DNA of 64,000 nt from the NCBI GenBank assembly GCA_048013815.1, contig CM106586.1:8556001-8620000 (forward strand), in the 5' to 3' direction. The position numbers and the translations under genes were made by a program. The DNA is from Setoptus koraiensis. Taxonomy: Eukaryota; Animalia; Arthropoda. The notes beneath the pieces are model-generated. The model ran no database searches, had not been told where the DNA came from, and saw nothing but the letters and a program-made list of their open reading frames with translations. Numbering within the stretch: position 1 is the stretch's first letter; the number at the start of each line of letters is the position of its first letter. Of this stretch, positions 59,344-64,000 are shown one piece after another.

Positions 59344-61825
59344 AATGATGTCCGATTTCCTATGCAGCGTACTGAATAGTTACTGTGGGAGTAGTTGCAC
59401 TTGTTTGTGTTGTATAATAAACGAACAATGGCATATAGGTTCTGTTTAACTGACAACTTGAGTGACTTATATTAGTATTATAGTAAGGTATATTAGTTTT
59501 TAATTTAGTTTTGGCTTTGAGCTTTCAAGTTAAGTGTCCGCAACATAACTGCTGTGTATCTCGTGACTCAGTCCATCGGCTGTGAATAAAGATTGGTGAC
59601 TGACTTGTGGGTGTGTATATGTGAAAATAAATTAGTAAATAGATGTTCTCTTCAAATCTGTGTAGGTAATATGAGATGGTTGCTGTTTGTTTGCTTGGAA
59701 GTTTATTCCGTCTACCATTGATGTAGCCAACCATGTATATGTATTGTTGAATAGAAACTGCACCAATTACCACCATCAAAAGATTGATTGCATTTCGTTT
59801 TTGTATGTGTGTGTGTATGTGCCAGTGATTGGGGGATATAATTGAGTGAACGGCTGTTATTTTTATGCCGAAAAACAAAAAATAAGCTTAGCATTGATTG
59901 GGCCAATTCATCGTCATCATCATCGTCGTCATCACCATCATCAGGGTATCGCATCGATAATATTTGAGATGATTTGATTCAATCGTCGACTATTCTGCGG
60001 ATAACGATGAGACAATAGATTGATGAACATAATAATAACAATCTCTCTTAAGTAATACTGTGATAGAGATGATGATGATAATAATAATATTGACATAACA
60101 ATGGCGGCATAACAGCGACCACGGTATAATAATAACGGTGCAAGTAGTAATGGTTGTAAGTGATGGTATTATCGGGCTCGAACGGTGTAAGTTTGTGTTT
60201 AGTTGAGAATGACGACATAGTCATTTTGAGTAATATTATTAATACTATTATATGCTGCTCTGTCATTGATTATTCCTATTACATAACGGTTGAAACATGT
60301 TACAACGCACACATGACAAACACCATGCAAGTGTTTTTATAGAGTTACGACGTAGTTAATTAATTCAAATTTACGACATTCACTGTACATTATTAGATCG
60401 TAGGGAGGTTACGATCGTAGATCTTTTAAACTTTAATAACGAGAAATGTCACGATATTTGTCACGATATTGGTCACACTTTTTTTCTCGTCAGCTGAAAT
60501 TTTTCTTTTTCTTTAGTTTTTTGGAGATTTGGGAAAGTGAGGGAGAACAGGGGAGTAGAAAATCGATAGAACCTTCCCGACCTACGATCTCCCCGCCTTA
60601 GTCCACTGACTAAGGGGACACCAAGTTCTTCATTTGTTGTTTTTTCGACCAACTTGCATTTACCCAACAATTGTGCGACTATTATCATACGATCGCCAAG
60701 GTCTCAACCATTATTATCACTCAATATTCAATGGTCACTATTATGATAAGCAGATTGACGATTTTAGAACGATCTGGTAAGACTAGATTATTAGGATTTT
60801 TTACAATAACACAAATTAGTTAGACAGCCAGATGTGAAACAATTTGTACAACCGCCATCATACACTGCCAACTAATCGTCTCTATCAGCTGTCTATCTCG
60901 CAACCTTAACTTCTACTAACAATATTGTAAGATTTTGGCAAGCTCGATGGCAACTCGTGCAGTTTCACCCTACGATCTAATGACACAGATAGCTGATAGA
61001 GTATGTTGAATTGGGACAGACAAAAAAAATCGCAATAATATGGGAGCCTATTACAGAAGAGCGGCTTCGTTGGCAGGGCGTCTGAGGATGGCACCTCTTG
61101 TGTCATGAGTGGGAATTTACTGTGATCCGCTGATTGGCGTCTGGTGGGCATATCTGGTGTTCTATTGATAATACGGGATATAATGGATGCAAATGTTGAG
61201 AGCAAGAATGGCAAGATTTAATAGCGAGACTGTACTTACGTTACGGCGGCGCCAGCAGGCAGTTTGTGTGAGATGATATCGGTCTGACTGATCGGCCTAA
61301 AAAGAATGATTGAGCAAGCGCTTGCCACACAGATAGCAAGTCGGCTGGCTATATTCACGCACAATCATAAGTTTCAGGTCAACAAGAGGACACTGTTTAT
61401 TACACTGCTGGTGTGGCCGGCTGGTCGTCTGGTGTCGTCTATTTGTCGTCACGGCGATCTCTAGGTGTGTCAGGCAACGTTGTTGTTATATTACACTACC
61501 ATTTACTGACTGAATATCGTTGGCTTGAGAGTCGTGTGTGGACAGACTGGCGATCAAGTGGCGATTATTTGTTCATTTTATATCTCCGCCGGACAGGGCA
61601 ATAGATGATAGAAGGATGTGAGAACAGATTAAACATGATGATTTAACTAATGGCTCGTCTGGCCGTCCATGCCTTGCTACAACTACGCCAGTAGTTGGTG
61701 GTAGTTGTTGAAGGCAACATTATTATTTAAACTGGTAACAAATTTATTTTGGACTAATTAGTACTTGCGGAAGTGCAAATCAGCGGCGCAAGCTTTGCAC
61801 GCCAACAATTCAGGATGCACACTAT

Positions 61826-62920
61826 TCAGTAGGGTGCCTGTAATTGGAAAGATTGGGGATGATCTATCAAGGCACCTTCATGACGAATTGGATGAATTAT
61901 CGTCGTTGTTGTTCTCGCACGTTGTAGTGAAGCGTTAGCAGTAGGATCGTCTAAATAATTGGCCGACACATAAAATTTACTGTTTGATTTAGGTTGCTTG
62001 TGCGACGTTTCGCTAGTTCCTGGACCCCCAGTATTTCTGATGATTTGCGCACTATTACTACTCTCGGTATCCATCAAGGATGTCACCAGGGAAACACTAT
62101 TGAGTTTGTTGTGTATATTGAAAGCCGAACAATCGGAAAGCAGTTCCAATCTTTGTCTATAATAGAATTCTATCCAAGATTTATAGTTAACGTGTACTGT
62201 TTGTTTAGATGCAGAAATAGATTTGAATAATCTAGAGTTCTCATAAACATCTATGAGGTCTTGACATATTGTTTCCGCCAAGAGACAGTCAAACATTATT
62301 GACGCAACAATATCAATGCTTTTTTGTGAGCATTTAAAATCTTTCAGTTCCAATGTATTATCCACTAGTTGATAGCCTACTCGTCTGGATATATTGATAC
62401 ATTTATCTCGACACAATTGTGACAATATGAGTGATCTGAATTGGCCACCATAAGTGTAAATACGATGATACTCCTTGATCCATGGCCAATTAATGAGATT
62501 CATCAACATGGAAGCTATTAATTTGAAAGCTTTCTTTGCTCTGTAAGGATCAAAATGATCCAGGAATGCCATGGAATCATGTAGGCATTGTTTAGCATCA
62601 TTGGTATTCCACAATAGATTAGTCAAAGGTATACGTGCATAGTAATCATAAAGTAACTTGAGTATTTCTTGTCTTATATCATCATTATCTAAAATAATAT
62701 AATGATGTTTGGACGATTGTTGTACAATAAGTTGTCGTTTGAATAAATTTTCGGCCTTTGTTCTGAAATGCAATGCCTTGCTCAAAGTTTTCGAATTGAC
62801 AATAAAATTGTTTTGATTATTAACACTCTGGTAGGGGGATTCAGATCGGGCATTCTGTTGCTGTTGTTGCTGCTGTTGTTTGCCACCTCCTCCGTTGGTA
62901 TAATTAGTGAGCATCATCAT
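61826..62920 (-). CDS. SPATA2/tamozhennic-like PUB-domain protein, 364 aa
   Basis: AFKLIASMLMNLINWPWIKEYHRIYTYGGQF...RRVGY matches the SPATA2/Tamo PUB-like pattern (NL..xPWxKEF..I..Y.G.F). Confidence 0.7.
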   Translation of the reverse strand: MMMLTNYTNGGGGKQQQQQQQQNARSESPYQSVNNQNNFIVNSKTLSKALHFRTKAENLFKRQLIVQQSSKHHYIILDNDDIRQEILKLLYDYYARIPLTNLLWNTNDAKQCLHDSMAFLDHFDPYRAKKAFKLIASMLMNLINWPWIKEYHRIYTYGGQFRSLILSQLCRDKCINISRRVGYQLVDNTLELKDFKCSQKSIDIVASIMFDCLLAETICQDLIDVYENSRLFKSISASKQTVHVNYKSWIEFYYRQRLELLSDCSAFNIHNKLNSVSLVTSLMDTESSNSAQIIRNTGGPGTSETSHKQPKSNSKFYVSANYLDDPTANASLQRARTTTTIIHPIRHEGALIDHPQSFQLQAPY

Positions 62921-64000
62921 ATTGACAGCTTCTTCTGTCGTAGCTAGTGGGATCGGCTGAACTCTTGCTCATGCTTTTTTGCAACACCACTTTTTTGCAT
63001 GCACACGATATAGGTTTGGTATAATAATTAGTGCCAATAATTAAATAATTAAATTAAATAAGATTAAATAAGTTGTTGCACCATTATTCTTCATGGTGCA
63101 ACAGCATCACTATGGTTATAACTGTGCACTCTGTCTGTGCACCGCGATGGTTGGTGCACACCAACAATATAAAAACAGCAACACAAAATGGTGCGCACTA
63201 TTTATTTGTATTGGCTGGCTGCACCAAAATTCGCAGCTGCATTTGGTTTTTCATGTGTTCATGCTATTGCATCTATCTATTTTATTGGATACAAACATCC
63301 ATCTCTTCGATAAATGAGAAACTGGCACACACTCTTACACAGCTAAATTCGATTTCACTCCGTTCTGTTCGAATCTCAGAATTCGATTTTCGATTCGATT
63401 TTCGGAATTCGAAACTTTCTCAGAATGCGCCTTTCACTCTTTCATGCACCTAGCTTGTTTTTGCACCTTGTTCTTCACAACCCCCGCAAATAAAAAGAAA
63501 CACCGAAGCTGACGCAACAATGTTTTACATACATTCTACCAATGTCATCAACATAATTGCCTTGATTCCATCTTGGCCGATTCGACCAAGTTTTGCTTCG
63601 CTTCTATCTGACACGATTTCCGCTCTTTGACAGATGCACGTTCGGCTCTAATGATTTGACCTGGCACCATCGATTCACAAGGTAAACCTCCTAGGGGTGA
63701 CACTCAGAATACGCCCACTATAGTCTTTATGAACTCTCCAGTGTACCGAGAACAAGAATACGCTAGTCTCGTTCCCAACTTGTCAGTCGGATTCAGTTGT
63801 TTAGTTGTGTACAGTTTACAGTAAGTTGTTTCACTTGCAGCAATTATTTTTTACAAGTTGTTTCCGCGAATCAGCTAGATTTCAAATACCCAACACAACA
63901 TCCTATGTTTGGCGCTGATTGGTTTCAGTCCAACGCGTTCCAAACCATAGATTGGCACTCAATTAGAAATATGGCCGAAATTTCTGAAACTACTTCTCTT

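Noticed and set aside
18279-62920. Intronless genes as bacterial horizontal transfers
   Set aside because: All are eukaryote-specific proteins (Mediator, RSF1, CNOT4, TFIIIC, PIP5K); intron loss explains them.
63500-64000. Short minus-strand open frames at the window end
   Set aside because: Under ~60 codons, interrupted by stops, with no motif.

Overview
Eukaryotic arthropod genomic DNA, most likely a mite. Intronless housekeeping genes and short introns are compatible with an eriophyoid mite; this assignment is inference. From left to right the window holds: two tandem minus-strand trypsin-family proteases (filzig-like and Notopleural-like; exon chains reconstructed by hand, the filzig-like 5' end not found); a 3-exon small secreted orphan; Rab30 with a GC-AG intron; PIP5K; and a ~9.1-kb palindrome centred on a 500-N gap. 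The palindrome duplicates MED21, a 208-aa orphan and a calumenin/reticulocalbin gene. One calumenin copy has 3 single-base indels, and the outer ~140-190 bp of the arms are clearly diverged. To the right come RSF1; a 90-aa Lys-rich/PIPIP/PSY secreted peptide; CNOT4; a prefoldin-domain-only URI1; an Ala/Pro/Val cuticle protein; a ~1190-aa secreted low-complexity protein; an ~8-kb gene-poor stretch; GTF3C4; a small CSN7-like fragment missed by the ORF track; alkaline ceramidase; and a SPATA2/tamozhennic-like PUB protein. I found no rRNA, tRNA, CRISPR array or transposase. Homology calls come from motifs I recognise, not from database searches.
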